Below, piece after piece: positions 33,909-43,214 of a stretch of 60,525 nucleotides of DNA. This DNA is from Patescibacteria group bacterium (GTDB taxonomy: Bacteria > Patescibacteriota > Minisyncoccia > UBA6257 > Colwellbacteraceae). The notes under the pieces were generated by a model. It saw nothing but the letters and a program-made list of their open reading frames with translations. It did no database searches and was not told the DNA's origin. Position 1 is the stretch's first letter. Each line of letters begins with the position of its first letter. The stretch covers positions 1 through 60,525 of the forward strand of contig JAKJEF010000002.1 in the NCBI GenBank assembly GCA_022705565.1, written 5' to 3'. Made by a program: the position numbers and the translations under genes.

Positions 33909-36167
33909 TTAATAGTTCACACAAGTGAACCCGCTGGTTCCACCTTTCCATCCGCCATAAGGAAGGCATTTACTGACGCAAGTTTCTACACCGCCAACAT
34001 TGGAACACAATACGCCGGAAGATAAAGCTCCACCCAATACGGTGCCGTCGTTGCAAACGCAACTATAGGAACCGTTGATCGAGCTCGTCGAGGTCTGACC
34101 ATAAGCTTTAATAACAACAATATTTTTACCGTCACGCTTACCGATGCTGTTATACGCTGAATTGGTCATATAGTCGTCTTCTTTATAATTAGACATCGAA
34201 TCGATTTCGTAAGGCCTGAAGCACCTGACGCCGACTTCGTACGTTCCGGCCGGAATGCCGGATGTGGAAAAACTGGCGCTGCCGTTTGTCGGAAGACTGT
34301 CTTTGGTGATATTCGATCCCTGGAACCAGACGCGGCATCCTTGGAAATGGGACGAAGACTGCCAGCTGACCGAGAAAGTCTGACCTTCGGTTACGGACGA
34401 AGGAAGACTCGTGATTCTCACGTATTCGCTCGAATACGAAGGCACATAGACGTAATCGTCATCATCATCGTCGTCATAATAATAAGTCTGGGAAGGAATC
34501 TTCACTGAAGCCTGATTCGACAAGATGCCTTCTCCGTAAGAGTTCACGGCCGAAACTTTATAGTAATAATTTTTACCACTTGAAACACTCGAATCGGTAT
34601 AGTTGGTGAATTGGGTGGTCGCAAGCAAGGAAAGATTACCCGAAGAAGTGCCTCTGTAAATCTTGTAATTCTGGATCGAGCTTCCGCCGTTATATGGAGT
34701 GCTCCAGGACAAAAGAGCGTAACCAGAGCTGTTTTGGGCGGTCAAATTGGTGATCTGGCCAGGAGCGGTCTTTGGATTGGAAGGCGGATAATAGACGTAG
34801 GTCGAGTAAGGCGTTGCCGAGACCCTGTTCGATAGACTTCCTTCACCCACGGAGTTTACGGCCGAGACGCGGTAATAATAAGTCGTGCCGTTAGAAACCG
34901 AAGCGTCGATAAAACTCGTCGATCCGGCAGTCGTATAAAAGCTGTCGCCGTAATAATCGGTCGAACGATAGATTTTGTAATAGGAAACCGAGGTCGAGCC
35001 GGAAGACGGCGTTGACCACGAGAGATAAACCTGGTTGTTGCCGGGATTCGCCGAAAGTCCGGTAACCTGTCCCGGAATCTGGTTGTAGTTGTAGTAATAG
35101 TAAGACGAAGCGACCGGGGTGGCGCCGACCTCGGCCGACATCGGGCCTTCACCCGTGGAGTTAACGGCGGAGACTCTAAAGTAATACGTCTGGCCGTTAC
35201 TCAAACCGTAGTTCACGAAAGAATTCGTGGACACGGTCGAGACATAGGCCGAATTGCCGTAATAATCCCTCCGATAAATCTTGTATCCGGTGATGGCGGA
35301 TCCGCTTGTCGCGGACCAAGAAAGAGAAACCTGACCGTCTCCGGGAATGGCCGTCAAATTGGAAATCTGTCCGGGCAATCCGGCATTGTAGACATAATTA
35401 TAGGCCGTCGGATTGGCCGAGACCCTGTTCGATAGACTTCCTTCACCCACGGAGTTCACGGCCGAGACACGATAATAATAGGCGGTGTTATTCGACAAAT
35501 TGGTGTCGGTAAAAGCCGAAGAATTCGTGGAAGTGAGAAAAGTTTCTCCGCCGGCCCAAGTGCCGCGGTAAATCTTGTAGAGACTGATCGGTCGGCCGCC
35601 ATTATAAGGAGCGGACCAAGCCAAAGAAACCAGATTGTTTCCGGAAACCGCCACCAAGCTGTTGATGGCCGAGGGAACCGAAACCGCGGGCGCGACAACA
35701 GCGCCACCATTGTCGTTCTTCGAAATCGGCTGGGATCCCGAAATGCTCGGCAAAGCATTCACCGCGTCGGACATCGGGCCTTCGCCCATGATGTTCACGG
35801 CCGCCACCTTGTAGTAATAAGTCGTGCCGTTTTTGACTGCGCTGTCGGTGAAAGACTCGCGCGAAATCGCGGTCAAGAAATCCAGATTATTCGAAGACTC
35901 TCCGCGATAAATCCGATAAGCGGTGATTTTGCTGCCTCCATCGATCGGCGCGGCCCAGGCGAGCGAAACTTGTTCGTCTCCGGAAACGGCCACCAGATTG
36001 GAGATCTTCTGGGGAACGGTGACCACTCCTCCTTCGAGACTCGAAAGAATGGTGGCGGAAAACCTTCTGAAAATCAGATTGGCTCTGTTCGCCAAGTAAA
36101 AAATACCGACCAGAATCAAGGCGATAATAATCGCGATCAAGACCTTTCTATTGATGGTAATAGTCAT
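33909..36167 (-). CDS. Membrane-anchored surface protein with five tandem FN3 domains and the shared six-Cys C-terminal module
   Basis: 752 aa with an N-terminal TM helix and five repeats of the type P..I..L.A..G...V.L.W..P...G..I..Y.IYR......YYY.V.AVN..GEG. It also has a poly-Asp run (YYYDDDDDDDYVY) and the C-terminus YSCVCNDG..CVSKCLPYGGWKGGTSGFTCVNY. Confidence 0.8.
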   Translation of the reverse strand: MTITINRKVLIAIIIALILVGIFYLANRANLIFRRFSATILSSLEGGVVTVPQKISNLVAVSGDEQVSLAWAAPIDGGSKITAYRIYRGESSNNLDFLTAISRESFTDSAVKNGTTYYYKVAAVNIMGEGPMSDAVNALPSISGSQPISKNDNGGAVVAPAVSVPSAINSLVAVSGNNLVSLAWSAPYNGGRPISLYKIYRGTWAGGETFLTSTNSSAFTDTNLSNNTAYYYRVSAVNSVGEGSLSNRVSANPTAYNYVYNAGLPGQISNLTAIPGDGQVSLSWSATSGSAITGYKIYRRDYYGNSAYVSTVSTNSFVNYGLSNGQTYYFRVSAVNSTGEGPMSAEVGATPVASSYYYYNYNQIPGQVTGLSANPGNNQVYLSWSTPSSGSTSVSYYKIYRSTDYYGDSFYTTAGSTSFIDASVSNGTTYYYRVSAVNSVGEGSLSNRVSATPYSTYVYYPPSNPKTAPGQITNLTAQNSSGYALLSWSTPYNGGSSIQNYKIYRGTSSGNLSLLATTQFTNYTDSSVSSGKNYYYKVSAVNSYGEGILSNQASVKIPSQTYYYDDDDDDDYVYVPSYSSEYVRITSLPSSVTEGQTFSVSWQSSSHFQGCRVWFQGSNITKDSLPTNGSASFSTSGIPAGTYEVGVRCFRPYEIDSMSNYKEDDYMTNSAYNSIGKRDGKNIVVIKAYGQTSTSSINGSYSCVCNDGTVLGGALSSGVLCSNVGGVETCVSKCLPYGGWKGGTSGFTCVNY

Positions 36168-36203
36168 TTCTATGGTTTATTGGATTTTTGACTCAATATA
36201 TTA

Positions 36204-36232
36204 ATTATATAACATTTTGGCATTTTAGTCAA
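36204..36232 (-). promoter_or_regulatory. Consensus sigma70-type promoter for the FN3 protein gene
   Basis: On the minus strand: TTGACT (36232..36227), a 17-nt spacer, then TATAAT (36209..36204), 36 nt upstream of the ATG at 36167. Confidence 0.6.
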
Positions 36233-36285
36233 GAAAGCCGCTTTTTATAAGCAAAAGGCGGCTTTTTCGGCTTATGTTCTTGATT

Positions 36286-38664
36286 TCAGACTACGATGTT
36301 GATCAAACGTCCTTCGACGAAAATCACCCTGATCGGTTTTGATCCTTTGAGAAAGGCCCTGACTTTCGGCCTTCCCAAAGCGATTTTTTCCGCTTCTTTG
36401 GCCTCTATTCCGGATTCCACCTCCACCCTATCCCTCACCCGGCCGTTCACCTGAATCACCAACTCGAAACTTCCGGACTCGATACCGCTTTCTTCGTAGG
36501 AAGGCCAGGGTTTGGAATGGATACTCGGTTTGTTTCCGATCATCAGCCACGCCTCTTCGCTCAAAAACGGAGCGAAAGGCGCGAGCATTAGGATAAATGT
36601 TTCCAAATCTTTTTTACTCACTTCGTCCGGCCGCTCGGAAAACTTGTTCATGATAATCATCAATTCGGCGATGGCGACGTTGTAGCGGAGATCGGAAACA
36701 CTCTTGGTGATTTTCTTCACGGAAGCGTGGAGCCATGGAGAAAGGTCTTTTCTCCCGCGCGGTTTGAAATGAACGACGAGATTCCAGACCCGGTCCAAAA
36801 ACCTGGTGATGCCGACAATACCCGCATCGCGGAAATCCCCTCCTTCCTCGAGCGGACCCAAAAACATCAAATGCATTCTGAAAGCGTCGGCGCCGAATCT
36901 TTTGATGTAATCGTCCGGATTGATGACATTGCCTTTGGATTTGGAGATCTTCGCTCCGTTTCGTAAAAGCAATCCATGGGCGTGGAAAACGGAAAATGGC
37001 TCTTCGAAATCAATGTGCCCGAGGTCTTTCAAAGCCATGGTCAGAAATCTCGAATATAAAAGATGGAGCACGGCGTGTTCGGCGCCTCCCAAATACATGT
37101 CGACCGGCAGCCATTTTTTGGTTAGCTTGGAATCGAAAGCGCGTTTTTTGTCGTTCACCGAAGGATAACGCAAAAAATACCAAGCCGAATCGAGAAAAGT
37201 ATCCGAAACATCTGTTTCCCTGTGCCCGATCCGGCCGCAACGCGGACATTTGGTTTCGTAAAAGCTTTTGACCGAGGCCAAAGGCGAGGATCCGGATCCG
37301 GTCGGCCGGAAATCCTTCACAAAAGGCAAAACAACCGGCAGATCTTTTTCCTTCACCGGAATCCAACCGGGATTCTCGATTTCTCCCCTACTCCATCCTT
37401 TGGTTTTGGCTCGCTTCGGACCGATCTTCTTCAAAGCCTCGGCGCAATGTTCGCAATAAATCAAAGGAATGGGCGGACCCCAATAACGCTGTCTCGAAAT
37501 AAGCCAGTCGCGAAGCCGGTATTCGGTTGTTCTTTTGGCTTTGGTTTGTCTGATCGCCTGACTTTCCGGAATTAAAGGAGCTTTCACGACCGGCAATCCG
37601 AATCTTTCGGAAAAAGCAAAGTCGCGTTCGTCGTAAGCCGGCACCGCCATGATCGCTCCCGTGCCGTAGCCCTGAACCACGTAATCAGAAACCCAAATCG
37701 GGATTTCCATGTTGTTTCCCGGATTGATCGCTTTCACGCCTTTGAGTTCGACGCCGGTTTTTTCCCTTTCCTCGCTGATTCTTTCGGCTTCGGATTTTCC
37801 GGCGGCTTTGGCAACGTATTTTTCGACTTCTCCCCAGTTTTTGATCTTCTTTTGTAACGACTGGATGATCTCGCTCTCCGGAGCGAGTACCAGATAAGTC
37901 GCGCCGAGGATGGTGTCCGGCCTTGTCGTGAAAACAACTATCGGCGACTTCAGCCCGGAAACGCCGAATTTGATCAGAGCTCCTTCGGAGCGGCCGATCC
38001 AGTTCTTTTGGGCGATTTTCACCTTTTCCGACCAATCCAGTTTATCGAGATTGTTCAACAACCTCTCGGCGTATTTGGTGGTCTTGAAAAACCATTGTTC
38101 CAAGTCTTTTTTGACGACTTCGCTGTCGCAGCGTTCGCATTTTCCGGAAATCACCTGCTCGTCCGCCAAAACCGTTTTGCAGGACGGACACCAATTCACC
38201 GGAGATTTTTTCCGGAAAGCCAAACCGGCCTTGAAAAGCTCCGTGAAAATCCACTGGGTCCAACGGTAATATTCCGGATCGTAGGTCTCGAGACGATTAT
38301 CCCAGGCGAATCCGTTGCCGATCATCAAAAGCTGTCGGTAGAAATTCTTTTCCGTTTTTTTCGCTTGCTTCATCGGGTGCGCTCCGATTTTGATGGCGTA
38401 GTTTTCCGAATGGATTCCGAAGCCGTCGAGCCCGATCGGCTCGAAAACATCATGTCCTTGCATGCGCGTGAACCGGCCGTAGATGTCGCTGCCGGTAAAA
38501 GCGTACATATTACCGACATGTAACCCTTCGGCCGAAGGGTAAGGAAACATCATCAGGTTGTAAAAAGGCTTTTTGGCCTTTTTGAGATCTGGCTGAAAAA
38601 CCTTCTTTTTGAGCCAGAAAGCGGTCCATTTCTTCTCGATTTTCCGAAACGGATAATTCTTCAT
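36286..38664 (-). CDS. leuS: Leucine--tRNA ligase
   Basis: 792 aa with a HIGH-type motif (GLHVGNMY) and a KMSKS-type motif (KISKSKGN). It reads as LeuRS along its full length. Confidence 0.95.
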   Translation of the reverse strand: MKNYPFRKIEKKWTAFWLKKKVFQPDLKKAKKPFYNLMMFPYPSAEGLHVGNMYAFTGSDIYGRFTRMQGHDVFEPIGLDGFGIHSENYAIKIGAHPMKQAKKTEKNFYRQLLMIGNGFAWDNRLETYDPEYYRWTQWIFTELFKAGLAFRKKSPVNWCPSCKTVLADEQVISGKCERCDSEVVKKDLEQWFFKTTKYAERLLNNLDKLDWSEKVKIAQKNWIGRSEGALIKFGVSGLKSPIVVFTTRPDTILGATYLVLAPESEIIQSLQKKIKNWGEVEKYVAKAAGKSEAERISEEREKTGVELKGVKAINPGNNMEIPIWVSDYVVQGYGTGAIMAVPAYDERDFAFSERFGLPVVKAPLIPESQAIRQTKAKRTTEYRLRDWLISRQRYWGPPIPLIYCEHCAEALKKIGPKRAKTKGWSRGEIENPGWIPVKEKDLPVVLPFVKDFRPTGSGSSPLASVKSFYETKCPRCGRIGHRETDVSDTFLDSAWYFLRYPSVNDKKRAFDSKLTKKWLPVDMYLGGAEHAVLHLLYSRFLTMALKDLGHIDFEEPFSVFHAHGLLLRNGAKISKSKGNVINPDDYIKRFGADAFRMHLMFLGPLEEGGDFRDAGIVGITRFLDRVWNLVVHFKPRGRKDLSPWLHASVKKITKSVSDLRYNVAIAELMIIMNKFSERPDEVSKKDLETFILMLAPFAPFLSEEAWLMIGNKPSIHSKPWPSYEESGIESGSFELVIQVNGRVRDRVEVESGIEAKEAEKIALGRPKVRAFLKGSKPIRVIFVEGRLINIVV

Positions 38665-38691
38665 ACAGAAGAATGATAAGGCTTTTCAGGC

Positions 38692-39507
38692 TTAGATTGC
38701 AAAAATCCGCAGGGCGTTTTTCGTGGTTTCCCTCGCCACTTCTTCCAAGCTCAAGCTTTTGACTTTGGCGATATGTTCCGCCACGTGAACGACAAAACTC
38801 GGTTCGTTTCTTTGCCCGCGGAAAGGAACCGGCGCCACGTACGGCGCGTCGGTTTCGAGAAGCAGACGATCGAGCGGGATGCGCCGCAGAACCTCATCGT
38901 AATTTCCCGCGAAAGTGATGGCTCCGCCGAAAGAAAAAGAAAAACCCATCTTAAGGAGTGTTTCGGCGTCTTGAAGGCTTCCCGTGAAAAAATGACTGAT
39001 TCCCGGCCGATCCGGAAGAAGCCGCGAGCGTTCGCTCCGAAGAATCTCGATTAGATCGGGATAAGCGTCACGGCAATGAACCATCAAAGGCTTACTTGTT
39101 TCTTCCGCCAATTTGATTTGAGCCAAAAAAATCTCTTTCTGTTTGTCTTTGGCGGCGTTCTTTAAGTGAAAATAATCCAAACCGCACTCACCTATGGCTA
39201 CCACTTTCGGGTTTTGCGCGAGCCGACAGAAAAAATCATAGTCGAATTCTTCGCTTTTTGAAACCGATTCTTCCAGATCTTCTTTTTCCGCGGCTTCGGC
39301 GTGGATCGGATGGAAACCGACAGTGGCGTAAACTCCTTTTTCGTGATCTTCGGCGATCATCACCGCTTTTTCCGAAGTCTCTTTCTGTGAGCCGACGTTA
39401 TTCAACCACACGCCTTTATCCAGAGCGCGCCGGATTACTTCTTCGTGATCGTCTTTAAAGGCAACGAACTGGACATGGGTGTGAGAATCGAAAAAAAGAG
39501 GCTTCAT
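38692..39507 (-). CDS. tatD: TatD family metal-dependent hydrolase
   Basis: MKPLFFDSHTHV.. is the typical TatD start. This ATG overlaps the upstream stop (ATGA). The ORF track extends to 39552. Confidence 0.85.
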   Translation of the reverse strand: MKPLFFDSHTHVQFVAFKDDHEEVIRRALDKGVWLNNVGSQKETSEKAVMIAEDHEKGVYATVGFHPIHAEAAEKEDLEESVSKSEEFDYDFFCRLAQNPKVVAIGECGLDYFHLKNAAKDKQKEIFLAQIKLAEETSKPLMVHCRDAYPDLIEILRSERSRLLPDRPGISHFFTGSLQDAETLLKMGFSFSFGGAITFAGNYDEVLRRIPLDRLLLETDAPYVAPVPFRGQRNEPSFVVHVAEHIAKVKSLSLEEVARETTKNALRIFAI

Positions 39508-40721
39508 CTCGAAAAAATGTTTAGTCTGTCGAGAGGGGCATGACCGCTCCATTTTTGGATGGCTGTTCCGTCGATCGCGGTGACGGTCGACATCATCGGC
39601 TGATTATACGCGTTATACGGAGTCGGAGAGTTATATAAAATACAAGTGCCGCAACAACTGGTATTGAAGTACGCCAGACCGTTGGTGCAAGTGTTCCAGT
39701 TATAACTGCTTAGGGAGTTAAGTGCCGCCGCCGGGTCTGATCCCGAGTAAGTGAATCCGGTCTGGGGACCATTAATCCCCGTAAGGGAAAAAGTGGCTGA
39801 CTTATTAAATGTAGCCTTGCCTTCGGCGGTGGTGATGGCCATTTTGGACCAGCTCGTATTCGGTATCATGTACCAATACTTCATCGCTAACCTATACGGG
39901 GAATCAAGTGAAGGAACGCCGATGGTTTGATCGAGTTGGGAGGTAAACGGCAGCGCCCATCTCGTATCGACGGGCTGCCCCTTAATCGTGGTTTGCACAA
40001 GGGTCCAGCCTCCTCCGTCGGTAGTCATATCGCAATAAACCGGAAAAGCTGGTTCGACGCCGCCACTGTCAACATCTATGAGATATAATCCGCTGGCTCC
40101 GTTCGGAAAAAGAGAATGGATGTTGTTGCAGCTTGTTCCCAGAACCGCCAAAGGGGTTAAGTCTGATCGGGAACCCGCTTCGTAGGCCAGGACGTTGTCG
40201 CCGCCGTCTTTCGAGGCTCTTTCAAGACCGATCCTCCTCGATTCGATATTCGAAGAAATTTCCCATTGCGTTCCGTCGGTGACGTACGAATAATAAAGCG
40301 TGTCTCTCGCCGAATTTACGGGATCAATCGGAAGCTGCAGTATTGTCGAACCTCCGGGTATATTGTCGAGATTGACCGGCAACCAGCCGGTTCCGTTGGT
40401 TTTCTTGAGATTCGCCGCGGTGGCGCAGTTATAAGTATATCCGGGAATTTCCGGCAGAAACGAAATATGGGTGGGACAGCTTGCCGTCGTATCTGGCAAC
40501 GATATATAGATTTTGTTCGCTTGTCCCATAGAGCCCCGGACTTTCAAGTCATAAAGACTAACGGCCGTGTTAAGTCTTTCGATATCGGCGATTCTTTGGG
40601 CGTCGCGCCCCTGACTCAAGAATTCGACCGGGTTCAAATACATGACAACCGTCGCCGAAAGCACGGCGATGATGGAAACGGTAATGAGAACTTCGATCAG
40701 CGTAAAGCTTTTTTTGCTCAT
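39504..40721 (-). CDS. Pilin-headed protein with a fibrinogen-related (FReD-like) C-terminal domain
   Basis: 405 aa. The signal reads MSKKS-FTLIEVLITVSIIAVL, and the internal segment is GLYLIDVDSGGVEPAFPVYCDMTTDGGGWTLVQT. Confidence 0.7.
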   Translation of the reverse strand: MSKKSFTLIEVLITVSIIAVLSATVVMYLNPVEFLSQGRDAQRIADIERLNTAVSLYDLKVRGSMGQANKIYISLPDTTASCPTHISFLPEIPGYTYNCATAANLKKTNGTGWLPVNLDNIPGGSTILQLPIDPVNSARDTLYYSYVTDGTQWEISSNIESRRIGLERASKDGGDNVLAYEAGSRSDLTPLAVLGTSCNNIHSLFPNGASGLYLIDVDSGGVEPAFPVYCDMTTDGGGWTLVQTTIKGQPVDTRWALPFTSQLDQTIGVPSLDSPYRLAMKYWYMIPNTSWSKMAITTAEGKATFNKSATFSLTGINGPQTGFTYSGSDPAAALNSLSSYNWNTCTNGLAYFNTSCCGTCILYNSPTPYNAYNQPMMSTVTAIDGTAIQKWSGHAPLDRLNIFSR

Positions 40722-40727
40722 TTTTTA

Positions 40728-42185
40728 TTATGATTCTATCCTCGGGAAAAGCGGTTTGATTTTGGAAACGCGAAGATATCCTCCTCGCCGACGGAAGCAT
40801 TTTTTTATTTTTTTCGACGTCTCCGGTAGAAACGGTTCGAGCAGTCCGGCCGCGTTTTCCAAGATCATCAGCAAATCGAAGATGACTTTCTTGTCTTTAG
40901 TTTTCCAGGGCTTGGTTTCGTTCGTGTAGCCGTCGCCGAATTTCAGGAGCTCCCAGATCGAAGCCATCGCCTCGTGGATTCTGAATTCTTCCATGTGTTT
41001 ATCCACCATAGCCTTGGCCCTTTTTATCTGAAGTTCCGTCGCCTCGGATATACGCTCTCCGCGGAAAGCCGATTCCGCTCCGAGGTTCAAAACCCTCGAA
41101 GCGAAATTGCCGAGCCCGTTCGCAAGATCGGCCGTGTAGCGCTCGACGAATTTTTCTTCGCTGAAATCACCGTCCTCGTTCGAAGGGATTTCCCGCAAGA
41201 GATAATACCGCGTCGGATCGACGCCGTATTTTCTCACGATCTCTCCGGGATAAACGACGTTGCCGAGGCTTTTCGACATCTTGACTCCTCCCGCGGTGAT
41301 GAATCCGTGGACCAGGAGTTTTTTCGGCAAAGGAAGCTTGGCGGACATAAGCATCGCCGGCCAGATGACGGCGTGGAATCTCAAGATATCCTTGCCGATC
41401 AGATGGATATCGGCCGGCCAAAACTTGTTGAATCGGCGGAGACTACCGCCTTTCCGGCCGAAACCGAGGGCCGAGATGTAATTGGAAAGCGCGTCGCACC
41501 AGACGTACATTGTCTGGTCGCTTTTCGGGATCGGGATTCCCCAGGAAAGATTCTCCCGCGAACGGCTGAAGCTTATGTCTTCGAGCCCGGTGGAGAGAAA
41601 CGACAAAACCTCGTTTTTACGCGACTCTGGCAAAATCAGATATTTGCCGCTCTCGATAAGCTTGTAAACTTCATCGCGGTAGTTCGACAACTTGAAGAAA
41701 TAATTCTCTTCTTCGATGATCTCGGGTTCGGTTTTGTGGATCGGGCAGCGTCCGTCCACCAATTCTTTTTTGGTGATGAATTTTTCGCAGCCAACGCAAT
41801 AAAGCCCTTTGTATTTTTTCTTGTAAATGTCTCCGTTTTCTTCGATCCGCTTCCAAAGAGCCAAGGCTCCGGGCCAATGACGCTTCTTGTCCGAAGTCCT
41901 GATGAAATCGTCAGGAGAAAGATTGAGTTCGGTTTTGAGCGACCGGAATTCCTTGGAAATCTTGTTGGTAAAAGCTTTGGGAGTCATTCCTGAAGAACAA
42001 ACCACGCGGCTGATCTTTTCGCCGTGTTCGTCGGTTCCGGTTAGAAAGAAAACGTCGTCGCCGAAGCTTCGTCGGTATCTCGCAATGGCATCGGCTTCCA
42101 CCAGCTCCAAAGCGAACCCGATATGCGGAGACGCGTTCGCGTAAGCGATCGACGTCGTGATATAAAATTTCTTTCTTTTCTTCAT
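40728..42185 (-). CDS. metG: Methionine--tRNA ligase (short form)
   Basis: 485 aa with a HIGH-type motif (ASPHIGFA) and KMSKS (VKMSKSLGN). Confidence 0.93.
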   Translation of the reverse strand: MKKRKKFYITTSIAYANASPHIGFALELVEADAIARYRRSFGDDVFFLTGTDEHGEKISRVVCSSGMTPKAFTNKISKEFRSLKTELNLSPDDFIRTSDKKRHWPGALALWKRIEENGDIYKKKYKGLYCVGCEKFITKKELVDGRCPIHKTEPEIIEEENYFFKLSNYRDEVYKLIESGKYLILPESRKNEVLSFLSTGLEDISFSRSRENLSWGIPIPKSDQTMYVWCDALSNYISALGFGRKGGSLRRFNKFWPADIHLIGKDILRFHAVIWPAMLMSAKLPLPKKLLVHGFITAGGVKMSKSLGNVVYPGEIVRKYGVDPTRYYLLREIPSNEDGDFSEEKFVERYTADLANGLGNFASRVLNLGAESAFRGERISEATELQIKRAKAMVDKHMEEFRIHEAMASIWELLKFGDGYTNETKPWKTKDKKVIFDLLMILENAAGLLEPFLPETSKKIKKCFRRRGGYLRVSKIKPLFPRIES

Positions 42186-43211
42186 TTAACGGCCGGACGC
42201 CTCCGCGGCCTTGCGCCGCAGCTTATCCTCGACGATTTCCTGAACAACGACCGCCACTGGCACCGCCAGGATGGCGCCGACAACGCCGGACGCTTCGAAT
42301 CCGGCCATCAAGGCGATAATGACGATCACCGGATGGATGTTCACGGCCTTGCGCATCAGAACAGGAACAAGAATGTTATTCTCGAGCTGCTGGATGACCA
42401 CGAAAAAGACAAAGACGATGATGGCGAGAGACATGGACTCGGAAAAGGCGACGGCCACGGCAATGGCTCCGGCCAGAATCGGACCGACCATGGGCACGAT
42501 TTCGAAAAGCCCGGCCAACACTCCTATCAAAAGACTGTAATCGACGCCCATTAGCCAAAGCCCCGCGAAAACCATGAGGCCGATGACGAGACTCAAAATC
42601 ATTTGGACCTGCATCCAGCGGCCGATCCTCTTTTTGACGCGGAGATAGATTTTAATGATGTATTCTTCGGCCTGGGCCGGGAAAACGACTCGCAAAAGTC
42701 TTTCCACTCCGTCGCGGCTCAAGGTGAGATAAAAAGAAGCGATAAAAACCGTCGCCAGAAAGACGACTCCGCCGAGCAAGCCGCCGACGGCCGAAATAAA
42801 GGGGCTCGCGCCTTCCAAGATCGCGTCCACCACCCGGCTGCCGAAATCCTCGGTCATCAGGGTTTTGTTCATTCCTTCCAGAAAAACGCTATTCTCCCCA
42901 AAAAAGTCGCCGATTCCCTGGTAAGACTCGACCAGTTTGGCTGTCTCCCAGAAGATCAACGGGACGACTTCGTACAATATGAAAACAAGAACGGCCGATA
43001 CCGCGAGAAAAATGAAAATCGTTCCGAGAAGACGCGGGATTTTCCTTTCTTCGAGCCAGGAGACCAATCCGTCGAGGGCTGAAGAAATGATGAGCGCGAA
43101 AACGAGCACGAGTAGAGCTTCGTGCGCCGCGTACAAAAAGGCGACGGCGGCGATCGTCGCCACCACTCTCCAGAGAGTGCCCCAGGAAATTTCGAGTTCC
43201 CGTTTTTCCAT
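42186..43211 (-). CDS. AI-2E family transporter (PerM-like permease)
   Basis: 341 aa and polytopic, with the typical UPF0118 layout (..IPMVGPILAGAIAVAVA..). Confidence 0.8.
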   Translation of the reverse strand: MEKRELEISWGTLWRVVATIAAVAFLYAAHEALLVLVFALIISSALDGLVSWLEERKIPRLLGTIFIFLAVSAVLVFILYEVVPLIFWETAKLVESYQGIGDFFGENSVFLEGMNKTLMTEDFGSRVVDAILEGASPFISAVGGLLGGVVFLATVFIASFYLTLSRDGVERLLRVVFPAQAEEYIIKIYLRVKKRIGRWMQVQMILSLVIGLMVFAGLWLMGVDYSLLIGVLAGLFEIVPMVGPILAGAIAVAVAFSESMSLAIIVFVFFVVIQQLENNILVPVLMRKAVNIHPVIVIIALMAGFEASGVVGAILAVPVAVVVQEIVEDKLRRKAAEASGR

Positions 43212-43214
43212 TGA

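Noticed and set aside
33909-36167. A CRISPR array or other non-coding tandem repeats, suggested by periodic nucleotide repeats.
   Set aside because: The repeats are in frame within one long ORF and correspond to FN3 domain units. No short direct-repeat and spacer architecture occurs anywhere in the window.
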